A stretch of 64,000 nucleotides of DNA from an uncultured virus (IMG/VR IMGVR_UViG_3300005678_000009) (Duplodnaviria; Heunggongvirae; Uroviricota; Caudoviricetes), in the IMG/VR virus record IMGVR_UViG_3300005678_000009, positions 1 through 64,000 of that record; one strand, 5' to 3'. Below the pieces are notes generated by a model. That model did no database searches. It worked only from the letters and a program-made list of their open reading frames with translations, and was not told the origin of the DNA. Both the position numbers and the translations under genes were made by a program. Positions 9,833 to 19,302 of the stretch are shown here, in pieces; the first letter of the stretch is position 1; the number at the start of each line of letters is the position of its first letter.

Positions 9833-10906
9833 ATGAAAAAAAATCCTAACAATTTTACAGATAGAGAGTTCCAAGAGTTGGCAGCACTTGTCAATTCTAC
9901 TATTGTTAAAAATGATGGATTGGTTGGCAATCAAGAAGACCAGGTAGAGCTTGTGGTCGAATTGGAAAAGAAGTTCAAATATCATATCTCAAAATATCAG
10001 CAAACTGTTGAAATCTATAGAAAATTTATCAAAAAATTTAATAATGATGACGATGAAGAACAGCAGCAAGAAAATTCGGAGCTAGAAAACATTTTAAGTG
10101 CCCAGCCGTATTTTCGTGAGAAGAATGAGGTTTTTAGTAAGATCTCTAAGGCTATTAAAGAAAACGACCCAGTTGCTTTAATGCAATATAACATTAACTT
10201 TCAAATGATTGATTTTATTGTTAAAAATTGGCGTGGAAATGTACCTGAGAGAGCCCGAAGATATTATGAAGATTTTTTGGATGCTAGACGCGTATTGATT
10301 GAAAACAATCTACCACTAGCGATCAATCGAGCAAAATTATTTTATCGCAAAACCCCCAAGTCACACCTAACTCTATTGGATTTGATTGATATTTGTACTT
10401 ACGGACTGATTGCCGGTATTGATAAATATGAAGGCGAATATACTAAGGTTTGGCGTTCCGTATGTATTGGTCGTATGGTTGGTTTTATGATTGAGGAGTA
10501 TTCCAAGACATTCTTGAGAATGTACCCTAGTGATAAGAAAATTCTCTATAGAGCTAACGCATTGAAATATAGATTAAAATTAGAAGATATTGGTGAGCTT
10601 ACAAAGGCCGTTAATGAATCTTTTAAACAAGACAAAGAAGAAGGCAAAAGCGCACCTAAATTACCCATTTCTGAATTACACATTAGAACATTAATGAATA
10701 GTTCTAGTTATGTATCTGCAGATCCTAGTGCAAATGAAGAAGAGGAAGAAAGTGCGTTGAGTGTTTATGATTTAGCGCACGACAATACAGAAAGTGCGGA
10801 AGACCGCTTGATTCATGACGATTTAATGGATAGAATCAAAGAAGGTTCTAAAATTTTGACAAACATTGAAAGAAAAATTATTAGACTAAAAGGAGTTAAT
10901 CTATGA
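9833..10906 (+). CDS. Phage sigma70-family RNA polymerase sigma factor lacking region 4.2
   Basis: Region 2: 'ARRVLIENNLPLAINRAKLF...LLDLIDICTYGLIAGIDKYE'. Ends at region 4.1-like 'LTNIERKIIRLKGVNL*'. Confidence 0.8.
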   Translation: MKKNPNNFTDREFQELAALVNSTIVKNDGLVGNQEDQVELVVELEKKFKYHISKYQQTVEIYRKFIKKFNNDDDEEQQQENSELENILSAQPYFREKNEVFSKISKAIKENDPVALMQYNINFQMIDFIVKNWRGNVPERARRYYEDFLDARRVLIENNLPLAINRAKLFYRKTPKSHLTLLDLIDICTYGLIAGIDKYEGEYTKVWRSVCIGRMVGFMIEEYSKTFLRMYPSDKKILYRANALKYRLKLEDIGELTKAVNESFKQDKEEGKSAPKLPISELHIRTLMNSSSYVSADPSANEEEEESALSVYDLAHDNTESAEDRLIHDDLMDRIKEGSKILTNIERKIIRLKGVNL

Positions 10907-11208
10907 TCACTGTAAACGGAAAGCTAATGTTAGAGCCTTATAAAGGGAGTGGGAAAATTGAGGCAAGTAATAAAAATGCTGGCTACGCTACCATTAAGCA
11001 AAAAGACACGTTAGTTGGATTAAAAGCTTTAGCTGATGGTCGTGTAAATATTGGTAAGGATACTATCGACGTGAAGAAGGGACAAACTGTGTATTTTCCA
11101 GAAGATGTTCTTGCAACTTTCGAATGGTCTAAAAAAACACTTCATTTAGAAGGCAATGAGCAACGTTTTATTCTTGCAGATGCTGTTCATGCTGTAGCGG
11201 TAGTATGA
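10903..11208 (+). CDS. GroES-like co-chaperonin
   Basis: About 100 aa with the GroES strand pattern 'VNGKLMLEP...ALADG...DVKKGQTVYF...AVAVV'. Confidence 0.55.
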   Translation: MITVNGKLMLEPYKGSGKIEASNKNAGYATIKQKDTLVGLKALADGRVNIGKDTIDVKKGQTVYFPEDVLATFEWSKKTLHLEGNEQRFILADAVHAVAVV

Positions 11209-11663
11209 TTAAACAAAAGCATTTGGATAGTTATTATAAACAAGCCTTGGCGATTGCAGAACAATCTCCAGACGAACAGACGAAAGTCGCTTCGTTACTT
11301 ATCCATTCCGAAACCAGAGCGGTTCTTGGAAATGGATTTAATGGTTTTGTTCGTGGTGCTCCAGATGCTAAACTGCCCAAGACTCGCCCTGAAAAGTACG
11401 ACTACATTGTTCATGCTGAAACCAACATGATTTACAATTCAGCTAGACATGGGGTAAGCACAGACAAATGCTTTGTATTTTGTACCCTTTCCCCTTGTGT
11501 TAATTGTTGTCGTGCGATGTACCAGGCTGGTATTAAGGTGGTTTATTTTAAAGAAAAATACAGAGATTTTGATAAACAAACTGAAATGTTAGATTTGAAT
11601 TTGACACTTGAATCTGTTTATAATTGTGAGTATTATAAGCTGACTATTTCGCCAAAGGAATAA
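11205..11663 (+). CDS. dCMP deaminase (ComEB-like)
   Basis: 'GFNGF', 'VHAETN', 'SPCVNC' zinc motifs. Confidence 0.88.
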   Translation: MIKQKHLDSYYKQALAIAEQSPDEQTKVASLLIHSETRAVLGNGFNGFVRGAPDAKLPKTRPEKYDYIVHAETNMIYNSARHGVSTDKCFVFCTLSPCVNCCRAMYQAGIKVVYFKEKYRDFDKQTEMLDLNLTLESVYNCEYYKLTISPKE

Positions 11664-11664
11664 T

Positions 11665-12630
11665 ATGCGAATTTTAAGGGTGGGAGACCCCCACGTCACT
11701 GTAAGAAATTTAGAAGACTCTGAAAAACTAATGGCTTTTATTTTGAAAAAAGCTGAAGAATTTAATGTACACAAGATCGAATTTCTTGGCGATCTAATGC
11801 ACACTCACGCTGTTATTCGTGTTGAAGTCCTTGATTTTTGGCAAAGACACTTCAAAAAACTTTCTCAGGGATACTTTGTTATTGCTCTGGTGGGAAATCA
11901 CGACCAACCTGGTAGTAAAGAAAAAGAACAGTTGATGAATGCTTTAAATGCATTTAAGGGTATTGAAGACGTTACAATTGTCAGCAAACCAGTGGTAATT
12001 GATAATATTGGTTATATTCCATACCACAGCGATGAGGGTGAATTTCTTAAAGCTGCTTCTGATCTACACTACAATGGCGCTGTAAAAACATTGGTTGCTC
12101 ATCAAAATTTTACCGTACCTTTGTACTCAGATATGTTCAACCCAGAACTGGTGCCTCAAGAACACATCATTACTGGCCACATTCACGAACAAAAGCAAAT
12201 GGGAAAGGTTTTTCAGGTTGGAACTCCTAAGTGGGATACCCTAACAGATGCAAATGAATCTAAAGGAGTTTGGATTTATGACCATAATGAAGACGGTTCT
12301 GTAAAAGCCAAGCAATTTATTTCTACCAAAGAAGTGGTTACTGTAATTGAAAAACATACCATTAAAGAAGGCGACCCAGAACCAGAATTAATCCCAGGTG
12401 CCAAGAATTATGTAGAGCTGGTTGGTTCCACCGCTTGGATTAATGAAATGAAAAAGAAATATAAGGGTTTGGCTTCTATTAAAGCCAGACCTTCTGATCG
12501 TAAGACATCCAGTGCGAATAAAGAAAAAGCACAGTCTGTTTATGAATTTCTTAATTCTGCTTTTCAGCCGATTGATGGTGTAAAAAAGCAAGATATTGAA
12601 CAATATTTAAAAGAGGTGATTCGTGTCTGA
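11665..12630 (+). CDS. SbcD/Mre11-like metallophosphoesterase nuclease
   Basis: GDPH, LGDL, VGNHD, AHQ, TGHIH motifs; an SbcC-like gene lies nearby. Confidence 0.8.
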   Translation: MRILRVGDPHVTVRNLEDSEKLMAFILKKAEEFNVHKIEFLGDLMHTHAVIRVEVLDFWQRHFKKLSQGYFVIALVGNHDQPGSKEKEQLMNALNAFKGIEDVTIVSKPVVIDNIGYIPYHSDEGEFLKAASDLHYNGAVKTLVAHQNFTVPLYSDMFNPELVPQEHIITGHIHEQKQMGKVFQVGTPKWDTLTDANESKGVWIYDHNEDGSVKAKQFISTKEVVTVIEKHTIKEGDPEPELIPGAKNYVELVGSTAWINEMKKKYKGLASIKARPSDRKTSSANKEKAQSVYEFLNSAFQPIDGVKKQDIEQYLKEVIRV

Positions 12631-12985
12631 AGAAGTAAAAAAAGAAGAGCAGTCTATTGTAGATGAACATAGAAAAATGGTAATTATGACTGGCAATCTT
12701 TCTGATTTTCAACTTGAAAACCTTAAAAATTGGGCTTTTTTGATCTTTGACAAAGAAGTGCTGGTAAACGCCAAAATTACTTATGATTTTACCAAGCTTG
12801 TTGCAGAAGAAGAATCTTTATCGCCCGGTGCAGTTCAGTATGATTTTTATTTTAAACCAGGAACCAAGTTAAATCGAGCTGACGTTAAAAAAAGAATAGA
12901 ACACCTGAGAATGTGGGTAAAATTTATGTTTTGGAAAGAAACTGAAGTTAGAATTCTCAAAGAAGGTAAAAAGTGGCAGATTTAA
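12623..12985 (+). CDS. Hypothetical protein
   Basis: SD GAGGTG, GTG start, overlaps both neighbours. Confidence 0.6.
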   Translation: MSEEVKKEEQSIVDEHRKMVIMTGNLSDFQLENLKNWAFLIFDKEVLVNAKITYDFTKLVAEEESLSPGAVQYDFYFKPGTKLNRADVKKRIEHLRMWVKFMFWKETEVRILKEGKKWQI

Positions 12986-13620
12986 TTCTACCTGATTTAC
13001 CTCAAGACATGACCAAGGAAGAAAAAGAAGCCGTTCAGGAATTTATCAACAACGGTTGTCCTGGTATTGTTCGTGTGCAAGATGGCGATATTTTTAAGTT
13101 TTTTCAACTCTACATGTCTGGAAAAACATACGCTGAAATTGCAACTATCACAAAAGCTCCTAAGGATTTGATCATGTATCTAGCCTATCGCTCTAGATGG
13201 ATGGAGCATCGTTTTAAACACTATGAAAACATCTCCTTAAACATTCTAGATAAGATTAAGCAGGTAAAGCTTGATAGTGCCAATAACCTGGTGACAATTG
13301 TAAAAGCTCTTGGTCAATATTGTGAGATGAAATACAATAGCTTTCTATCTACTAAAAACCAAGAAGTAATCGAAAAAATTGACAGTAAGATTGTAACCCA
13401 ATACTTCAAAGCAATTGAATTGTTGGATAAGGTATTAAGTGAAGAGCCTGGTGATGAAGAAACCAAGCCAAAAGGACCGCTGGTGAATGTCAATGTTGGT
13501 TTAGGTGCTTCGGCAACTATTAAACAAACAGACGCCAAAACTCTAGAAATTACCGATGAAACAGCCGGTGATCTGGTAAAAGCCCTTGCTAGTATGAAAA
13601 AACAAGCAGAGCGTCGCTAA
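12973..13620 (+). CDS. HTH protein, possibly terminase small subunit
   Basis: 'LYMSGKTYAEIATIT' HTH, helical middle, C-terminal 'VNVNVG' beta strand as in many TerS proteins. Confidence 0.4.
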   Translation: MADLILPDLPQDMTKEEKEAVQEFINNGCPGIVRVQDGDIFKFFQLYMSGKTYAEIATITKAPKDLIMYLAYRSRWMEHRFKHYENISLNILDKIKQVKLDSANNLVTIVKALGQYCEMKYNSFLSTKNQEVIEKIDSKIVTQYFKAIELLDKVLSEEPGDEETKPKGPLVNVNVGLGASATIKQTDAKTLEITDETAGDLVKALASMKKQAERR

Positions 13621-13623
13621 TTT

Positions 13624-13634
13624 TGTGGTATTAT
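13624..13634 (+). promoter_or_regulatory. TGTGG-TAWWAT promoter motif
   Basis: TGTGGTATTAT in the intergenic gap. Confidence 0.7.
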
Positions 13635-13664
13635 ACATATAAGCCCATTGAGGCAGAGGTGAAA

Positions 13665-14684
13665 ATGAAAAACGTTATCGCAATTATGCTGAGTTTACTC
13701 ATGGTGAGTACCCTGGCATTGGCGTCAGCCCAAAATGAGGCCGACAAGAAAAAAGAAGCTGCTGGGAAGCCAGCGTCCGAACAACCCATTATCTTGACAA
13801 AAGATAATACCATCACGCTTAATAATGCGTTTTATGGTGATACCGTGGCTAATTTAGCTAAAGAAGCTAAAGAGTTAGATTCTAGAACAGAATCAACAGA
13901 TCCAATCTATTTAGTTCTAAATAGTCCAGGTGGTTCCATTGATGCAGGTTTAGAGTTGATTGAAATTTTATCAAGTCTTAAACGACCGGTTAAAACAATC
14001 AGTATTTTTTCAGCTAGTATGGGTTTTCAAACCGTACAAGGTCTAGGAGAACGCTTGGTTGTAAGAGATGGTACTCTTATGTCACATAAAGCTCGCGGCG
14101 GATTCTATGGTGAATTCCCAGGGCAACTTGATAGTCGATATAGCTATTATTTAAAGCGTGTAAATCGAATGAATGAGCAAGCGGTTGCTCGTACAAACGG
14201 TAAACACACAATGAAGAGCTATGCAGATTTAATCGAAAATGAATTTTGGTGCGATGGTAAAGATTGTGTTGCAGAAGGATTTGCGGATAGAGTAGTAACA
14301 GCTCAATGTGATAAGTCTTTATCTGGAACTAAAACCGTTAGTGAAGCTAAATTTATTTACATGGGTCATGTTATTGAATTTACTTCTGATTATGACTTAT
14401 GCCCGGTAAATACAAACTATCTAGCTTGGCATATTTTGATTGATGGTGAGCCATTATTCAAAGATAACACGAAAAAAGATGATAAGAAAGCACAAGATAC
14501 AACGGCTGGGTCTTCAGGCCCTAGTATGTGGTCTTCATATTTCGGTGGATATGGATCTTCGTATTCTTCATCTTCAGAAGAAAAGAAACCAGCTTTAACT
14601 GCAGAGCAATTGTTTGAAATCCAACAAAAAGCTAAAAAACAACAGGAAGATAAGCAAAATCGACAAGTAATTAAAGGTTACTAA
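13665..14684 (+). CDS. ClpP-fold (S14) serine protease with an N-terminal signal peptide
   Basis: Likely start MKNVIAIMLSLLMVSTLALA behind SD GAGGTG. 'IYLVLNSPGGS', 'SASMG' (Ser), 'LMSHK' (His), 'GFADRV'. Confidence 0.75.
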   Translation: MKNVIAIMLSLLMVSTLALASAQNEADKKKEAAGKPASEQPIILTKDNTITLNNAFYGDTVANLAKEAKELDSRTESTDPIYLVLNSPGGSIDAGLELIEILSSLKRPVKTISIFSASMGFQTVQGLGERLVVRDGTLMSHKARGGFYGEFPGQLDSRYSYYLKRVNRMNEQAVARTNGKHTMKSYADLIENEFWCDGKDCVAEGFADRVVTAQCDKSLSGTKTVSEAKFIYMGHVIEFTSDYDLCPVNTNYLAWHILIDGEPLFKDNTKKDDKKAQDTTAGSSGPSMWSSYFGGYGSSYSSSSEEKKPALTAEQLFEIQQKAKKQQEDKQNRQVIKGY

Positions 14685-14710
14685 TCAATACTTTAAAAAA
14701 TATTTTTCAA

Positions 14711-14735
14711 AAGGCTCCGCAAGGGGCCTTTTTTT
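14711..14735 (+). terminator. Rho-independent terminator fused to a TATGG-TATGAT promoter
   Basis: AAGGCTCC-GCAA-GGGGCCTT followed by a T-run, then TATGGTATGAT (14735-14745). Confidence 0.8.
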
Positions 14736-14761
14736 ATGGTATGATGCTTCAGAGGTGAATT

Positions 14762-15013
14762 ATGCCAATGATTAAATTTCAGTGCAACAATCCAGATTGT
14801 GAGAACCATATCACTAAACTTTTTACTGATGTTAAATCAATCCCACCATTTCTAAATTGCGGAGAGTGTGGTACTGGTAAACTAGAAAGACAATTAGGTG
14901 CTCCAAGCTCTAAGTCTACCCAAATCTTGGACGATGGTTTGCAGACAAAAAGATTAGAGATTATGAACGACGTTGTTGAAAAAGAACGTGAACGCCTACA
15001 AACAGAGGAATAA
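14762..15013 (+). CDS. FmdB-like zinc-ribbon protein
   Basis: 'MPMIKFQC...C...CGECG...LERQL'. Confidence 0.65.
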   Translation: MPMIKFQCNNPDCENHITKLFTDVKSIPPFLNCGECGTGKLERQLGAPSSKSTQILDDGLQTKRLEIMNDVVEKERERLQTEE

Positions 15014-17011
15014 ATGATTCAATTATTAGCCCTTCGTTTTGGACAAATTAGATCTTTTGTGGATGATCAAGAAATTGTATTTGCCAATCGTGAAAAGCTC
15101 ATTCAGATTGATGGTAAAAATCTAAATACCGGTGGGTCATCTGGTTCTGGTAAAAGTACAGTGTTGATGGTATTGGATTATCTTTTGGGATTAAACGATG
15201 TTCCAGCAACATTGTTGCAATCTCGTCTTACTAAAAGTGGGATGTGGGCTGAGGGTGATTTTGTTATTGATGGGCAACCTGTGACGATCTCTCGTAGTAA
15301 AAAAGATGGTCTTTCAATCACTATGGGTGATAATAAGGTTTCTGGAAATTCAGATCAAGCTGAAGAAAAATTACAAGAATTAATCGGTCTTCCGATGCCC
15401 ATTTTTAAGAAAATGATTCATAAGCGTCAAAAAGAAGGTGGGTTTTTTCTTGGCCTGGGCGCTTCTAAAACCTACAAATTTCTTGTTTCTGTATTAGGTT
15501 TGGAAAAACATATTACTGATATCGATGCCATTGTCGCTGATATTAAAAGATGGGACGAAGAGGCCACAGCCGCACAACGGACTTTAGATTTAGATCGCAG
15601 TTCTTTATTAGATCTAGAAAGAATTTTGTCAGAAAAACAAAAACCAGTTCAAAACTATTCCGATGAGCAAATTGAGCAAATGAACAAGGACGTTCAGGGT
15701 CTTCAGATTACCCTTCGTGCTCTAAAAATGCAAGTAAAAGAGGATGTGGCTGAGGTGCCAGTTGTTGTGGACAAAACTATCGACGCTACAGAATTGAATC
15801 AAAAAATTTCAGCTTTGGTACCACGACGAAATGAATTGAATGGGTTTATTAAAGATTTAGAGAATGTTAAGGTTAACCTGCAAGCTGAAATCAATAAAAT
15901 TCCTTTTTATCTTGCTGATGCTCAAAAGGCTGGAAAAAGAATTTCTGATCTTAGGGCTGAAATGGCCCATATAGAACAATCACAATGTCCTAAATGTATG
16001 CAAAACTGGGTCGGTGACTCCGCAAAAGCTTCTATTGAATCTATTAAGGGTGAAATTGATCAAAAAATTAGCGAAGCTCTTGCCTTAAAAAGTAAGATTG
16101 ACACAAAGCCTGATCTAGAAAGTAAACTTTTGACTGTCATTAATGAAATTGCTACGCATAATCAAGAACTTATCCAATTACAGGAACAACGTGCCGGTTA
16201 TGATGCAACTAAATATGCCATGATGGAAGCTGTTGGTAGTGAAAATGCGATTGCTAGACAGAAATATAACGAAAAAATCAAAACTATTGAAGTGAATTCT
16301 CAAAAAAACATCGATGCAATCAACCAGAAGCTCAAGGATGCTGAAATTGCCTTAAATGGTGAAGAAATCAAGCGTAACAGCTATTTGATCGCCATGAGGT
16401 CTTATGAGAAGGATGTAGAGGCTTTACAAGGCTCAATTACCAGAAAACAAAACGAGATTCAAAACTCAACCACCAAATTAAACGATTTGGGTAAAAAGCT
16501 GGTAGTGGCCAAAGAATCTCAAAGATTAATCAAGGCTTATGTTTTACAGACCTTCCAAGATACATTAGATGCTATCGGAGAAACAGCGACTAATATTTTG
16601 TCAGCCATTCCAAATATGAACACCTCAACGATCTATTTTGAGAATTGCAAGGAAACCAAAACTGGCTCAATTAAAGACGAAATTACCGCCATTATCAATA
16701 TAGACGGTAATAATGACATTCCCATCAATTCCCTATCGGGTGGTGAGAAGACAGCTGTCGATTTAGCAGTCGATTTAGCAGTTATCGATGTCATTGAACA
16801 AAAAGTAGCGAAGGGTGCCAATTTCTTTTTTATGGACGAACCTTTTGATGGTTTGGACTCTGTATGTAAGGAAAATTGCTTAGAAATCTTAAAACAAGTG
16901 GATACTAACAAAAAAATTATTATGGTAGATCATAGTTCTGAGTTGAAAGAAATGGTCTCGGATGTTATTCTGGTTGTAAAAAATGGTGAATCAAGCTCAA
17001 TTGCGAGCTAG
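15014..17011 (+). CDS. SbcC/Rad50-like ABC ATPase
   Basis: Walker A GSGKST, coiled coils with CPKC zinc hook, signature LSGGE, Walker B/D-loop FFMDEPFDGLD. Confidence 0.88.
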   Translation: MIQLLALRFGQIRSFVDDQEIVFANREKLIQIDGKNLNTGGSSGSGKSTVLMVLDYLLGLNDVPATLLQSRLTKSGMWAEGDFVIDGQPVTISRSKKDGLSITMGDNKVSGNSDQAEEKLQELIGLPMPIFKKMIHKRQKEGGFFLGLGASKTYKFLVSVLGLEKHITDIDAIVADIKRWDEEATAAQRTLDLDRSSLLDLERILSEKQKPVQNYSDEQIEQMNKDVQGLQITLRALKMQVKEDVAEVPVVVDKTIDATELNQKISALVPRRNELNGFIKDLENVKVNLQAEINKIPFYLADAQKAGKRISDLRAEMAHIEQSQCPKCMQNWVGDSAKASIESIKGEIDQKISEALALKSKIDTKPDLESKLLTVINEIATHNQELIQLQEQRAGYDATKYAMMEAVGSENAIARQKYNEKIKTIEVNSQKNIDAINQKLKDAEIALNGEEIKRNSYLIAMRSYEKDVEALQGSITRKQNEIQNSTTKLNDLGKKLVVAKESQRLIKAYVLQTFQDTLDAIGETATNILSAIPNMNTSTIYFENCKETKTGSIKDEITAIINIDGNNDIPINSLSGGEKTAVDLAVDLAVIDVIEQKVAKGANFFFMDEPFDGLDSVCKENCLEILKQVDTNKKIIMVDHSSELKEMVSDVILVVKNGESSSIAS

Positions 17012-17014
17012 ATT

Positions 17015-17025
17015 TGTGGTATTAT
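17015..17025 (+). promoter_or_regulatory. TGTGG-TAWWAT promoter motif
   Basis: TGTGGTATTAT followed by SD AAGGAG. Confidence 0.7.
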
Positions 17026-17041
17026 TACTAAGGAGAGACAA

Positions 17042-17383
17042 ATGAGCATTAACGATAGACTTGAAGCAGATATGATTGAGTTTTTTGAAAATATCGAAAA
17101 ACAACTACCTGAAGCACGAAAGAAAACACTGAAATTGTTGATTGATAAATATGCTCATTTACTGTCAACACCAGTTATGCTTGATAAGCATGATTACGAG
17201 CTAATTAGGGATTCAGCACAAAGATTCTTCGTGAATTCTGCCTTTCCTAAGTATTTGGGTGAAAAGAAGCGTATGGTTGATTCATACGAAGCAAATGTAC
17301 TTTCTATTATTGAAGGTACAATTACAGTTTTAAATAGTAAGGATTGTTTTAAAAAACTTCCTAAATTTGATTACAGAGATTAG
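17042..17383 (+). CDS. Hypothetical protein
   Basis: Promoter and SD upstream. Confidence 0.65.
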   Translation: MSINDRLEADMIEFFENIEKQLPEARKKTLKLLIDKYAHLLSTPVMLDKHDYELIRDSAQRFFVNSAFPKYLGEKKRMVDSYEANVLSIIEGTITVLNSKDCFKKLPKFDYRD

Positions 17384-17384
17384 T

Positions 17385-17636
17385 ATGGTTGTGGTATTAT
17401 TACTAGGTGAGAACGATGAGTATCTTGGTTATAAAGAGTTTAAATACTCCCACCAAGCCGAGTTGTTTATTGGCCAATTACACAATTTAATGCTTGCTAA
17501 TATTGAAAAAACACTGCCTTTGAAGGAACGTCTTCAGTTAGCACCTGAATATTTTCCCTTTGCTGGTAGATTACAAAATGTAGAATTAATACAACTTTCC
17601 AAAACGGAGGGAGAGAACAATGAGCGAAGTGGATAA
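17385..17636 (+). CDS. Hypothetical protein (start uncertain)
   Basis: Fills the gap between neighbours; ATG at 17385 lies just upstream of a promoter motif. Confidence 0.45.
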   Translation: MVVVLLLGENDEYLGYKEFKYSHQAELFIGQLHNLMLANIEKTLPLKERLQLAPEYFPFAGRLQNVELIQLSKTEGENNERSG

Positions 17637-17931
17637 AGAAGAAGTACTAAAAACAAAAGTACGCAATGAATTTCCTGAATTTATTGAAAGCGTAGACAAT
17701 TTACCTGTAGAAAAATTGAATGAAAATTTACTACGATATGCTGTTTATCGCGAAGAAACAGAGATGGCTAAATCAACCGACAAGGGTTTAATTAAAGCCA
17801 AAAACGATGTTAAAGAATATCAAGCTCCTTATAATGAAACACTAAAGGCCCTTAAGCTTAAAATGGCTTACCTGCACCTTTTAATTGTTGAGAAAAAAGG
17901 CGGCAGTGATGAGAAGGCTAAAGCCGAATAA
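17620..17931 (+). CDS. Hypothetical helical protein
   Basis: SD GGAGGG upstream. Confidence 0.65.
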   Translation: MSEVDKEEVLKTKVRNEFPEFIESVDNLPVEKLNENLLRYAVYREETEMAKSTDKGLIKAKNDVKEYQAPYNETLKALKLKMAYLHLLIVEKKGGSDEKAKAE

Positions 17932-18499
17932 GTCAGCCTACGATGCCAATGGACGTTGGGTAGAGGAGCGTGGACAAATTAAAGGTGCGATTCGTCGTGT
18001 CTTTAGGTTGTCCCCTCAAATGCAAGAAGTCCTTAAAGCTGCTAGGGTTGAACTTCCACCTAAAACAAAAAAAGACGGCGAACCTGGCAAAAAAAATCAG
18101 GTTCGTTACACTTGTGCTATTTGTCAAAAGCTATACCAGCAGGCAAATGTACAGGTTGATCATATTGACCCCGTAGTTCCATTGTGGAAAGCCGAGTCTA
18201 CTATGACATATGATGAGATTGTTAGACGTGTATTTTGTCACATCAGCAATCTCCAAGTGATTTGCTCAACCCCCATGAAGAAAAATAATGGTGAACCGAG
18301 CTGTCACAAAATAAAAACGGATAGAGAGAATTTCATCCGTGATGAATTGAAAAAAGTTATGAATATTCTTGATCATACTGGTGAAGAGATTGACGAGTTG
18401 ATCAAAAATGCTTCAGCTAAATATGATGTGTATTTTGCTGAAAAAGAAGAAAAAAGGAAAGCTAAGCTTGCGAGAAAAAAACGACTCCAAAATCTCTAA
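17909..18499 (+). CDS. HNH-type nuclease
   Basis: 'YTCAICQK...VQVDHIDPVVP...NLQVIC...CHKIKT'. Confidence 0.75.
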   Translation: MRRLKPNKSAYDANGRWVEERGQIKGAIRRVFRLSPQMQEVLKAARVELPPKTKKDGEPGKKNQVRYTCAICQKLYQQANVQVDHIDPVVPLWKAESTMTYDEIVRRVFCHISNLQVICSTPMKKNNGEPSCHKIKTDRENFIRDELKKVMNILDHTGEEIDELIKNASAKYDVYFAEKEEKRKAKLARKKRLQNL

Positions 18500-19292
18500 C
18501 GGACAGGAAATCGCCAACCAAATCAATGCGATGCGAGCTGAATATGAGCTTCGCTCTGAGGATGTGGTTAACGAAGAAATGTCTTTTTTGGACAGGTTGA
18601 ATAGACTTGTTCAATTGATTTTGGATGATGATTCTGCAAGCATCTATCCTGCTCTAAACCAAGATTCCCTAAAAGAATGGAAAAAAGGAAGATTTAAACG
18701 ATGGCTTAAAAAGACCATCACTTCTAATTATAAAAATACATTCTATTTTGCTTTCTTGGTGTCTATTACAGCATTTCTAGTGAGTGAAGCTGTTACGTTC
18801 TATGCTGATGGACAAACACCTGATACAAAAACATATATTAAAGCTATTCTTACAGAAGTAGCTTTTATTTTTTTAAGTGGCTATAAAACCGAAGGCTGGA
18901 AAAATAAAGTCTGGGTCAATACCCTTAGAGCTGGTGTGTTTTCATTAATGCTATTTGTAATTTCTTCACAAACATTGTTATCTGGAACTAAGTTTCAAGG
19001 TAACACAACTGCAGTTACTGAACAGGTTAAGTTCCTGGAAGAGCAAATTGCAGAAAAACAAAAAACCATCCAATTTTATCTTGATAAAGGATGGGGAAAC
19101 AGTGTGCGTAAGCAAACCGAAGAAAAAAACAAACTTGTCGAAAAACTTTTGGAACTTAAAGAACAACAAGCTCAGGGCTCCAACGAAGCTGTGTCTAACC
19201 AGGTTATGTATCGTAGCTATGGCCAGGCATTCTTTCGAATTATCCTATTGTTTATTTCAGTGTTAATTACGCGCCGTATTTTCATTTTCTAG
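18468..19292 (+). CDS. Membrane protein with several TM segments and a coiled coil (start uncertain)
   Basis: Hydrophobic stretches FYFAFLVSITAFLV, AILTEVAFIFL, GVFSLMLFVIS, IILLFISVLI flank a coiled coil. Confidence 0.6.
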   Translation: MREKNDSKISNGQEIANQINAMRAEYELRSEDVVNEEMSFLDRLNRLVQLILDDDSASIYPALNQDSLKEWKKGRFKRWLKKTITSNYKNTFYFAFLVSITAFLVSEAVTFYADGQTPDTKTYIKAILTEVAFIFLSGYKTEGWKNKVWVNTLRAGVFSLMLFVISSQTLLSGTKFQGNTTAVTEQVKFLEEQIAEKQKTIQFYLDKGWGNSVRKQTEEKNKLVEKLLELKEQQAQGSNEAVSNQVMYRSYGQAFFRIILLFISVLITRRIFIF

Positions 19293-19302
19293 AGGAGTTT
19301 CA

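Noticed and set aside
13623..13664. ORF-track starts at 13623, 30146 and 31356
   Set aside because: These upstream TTG/GTG codons fall in or just before promoter motifs; SD-led ATGs at 13665, 30194 and 31404 are more plausible.
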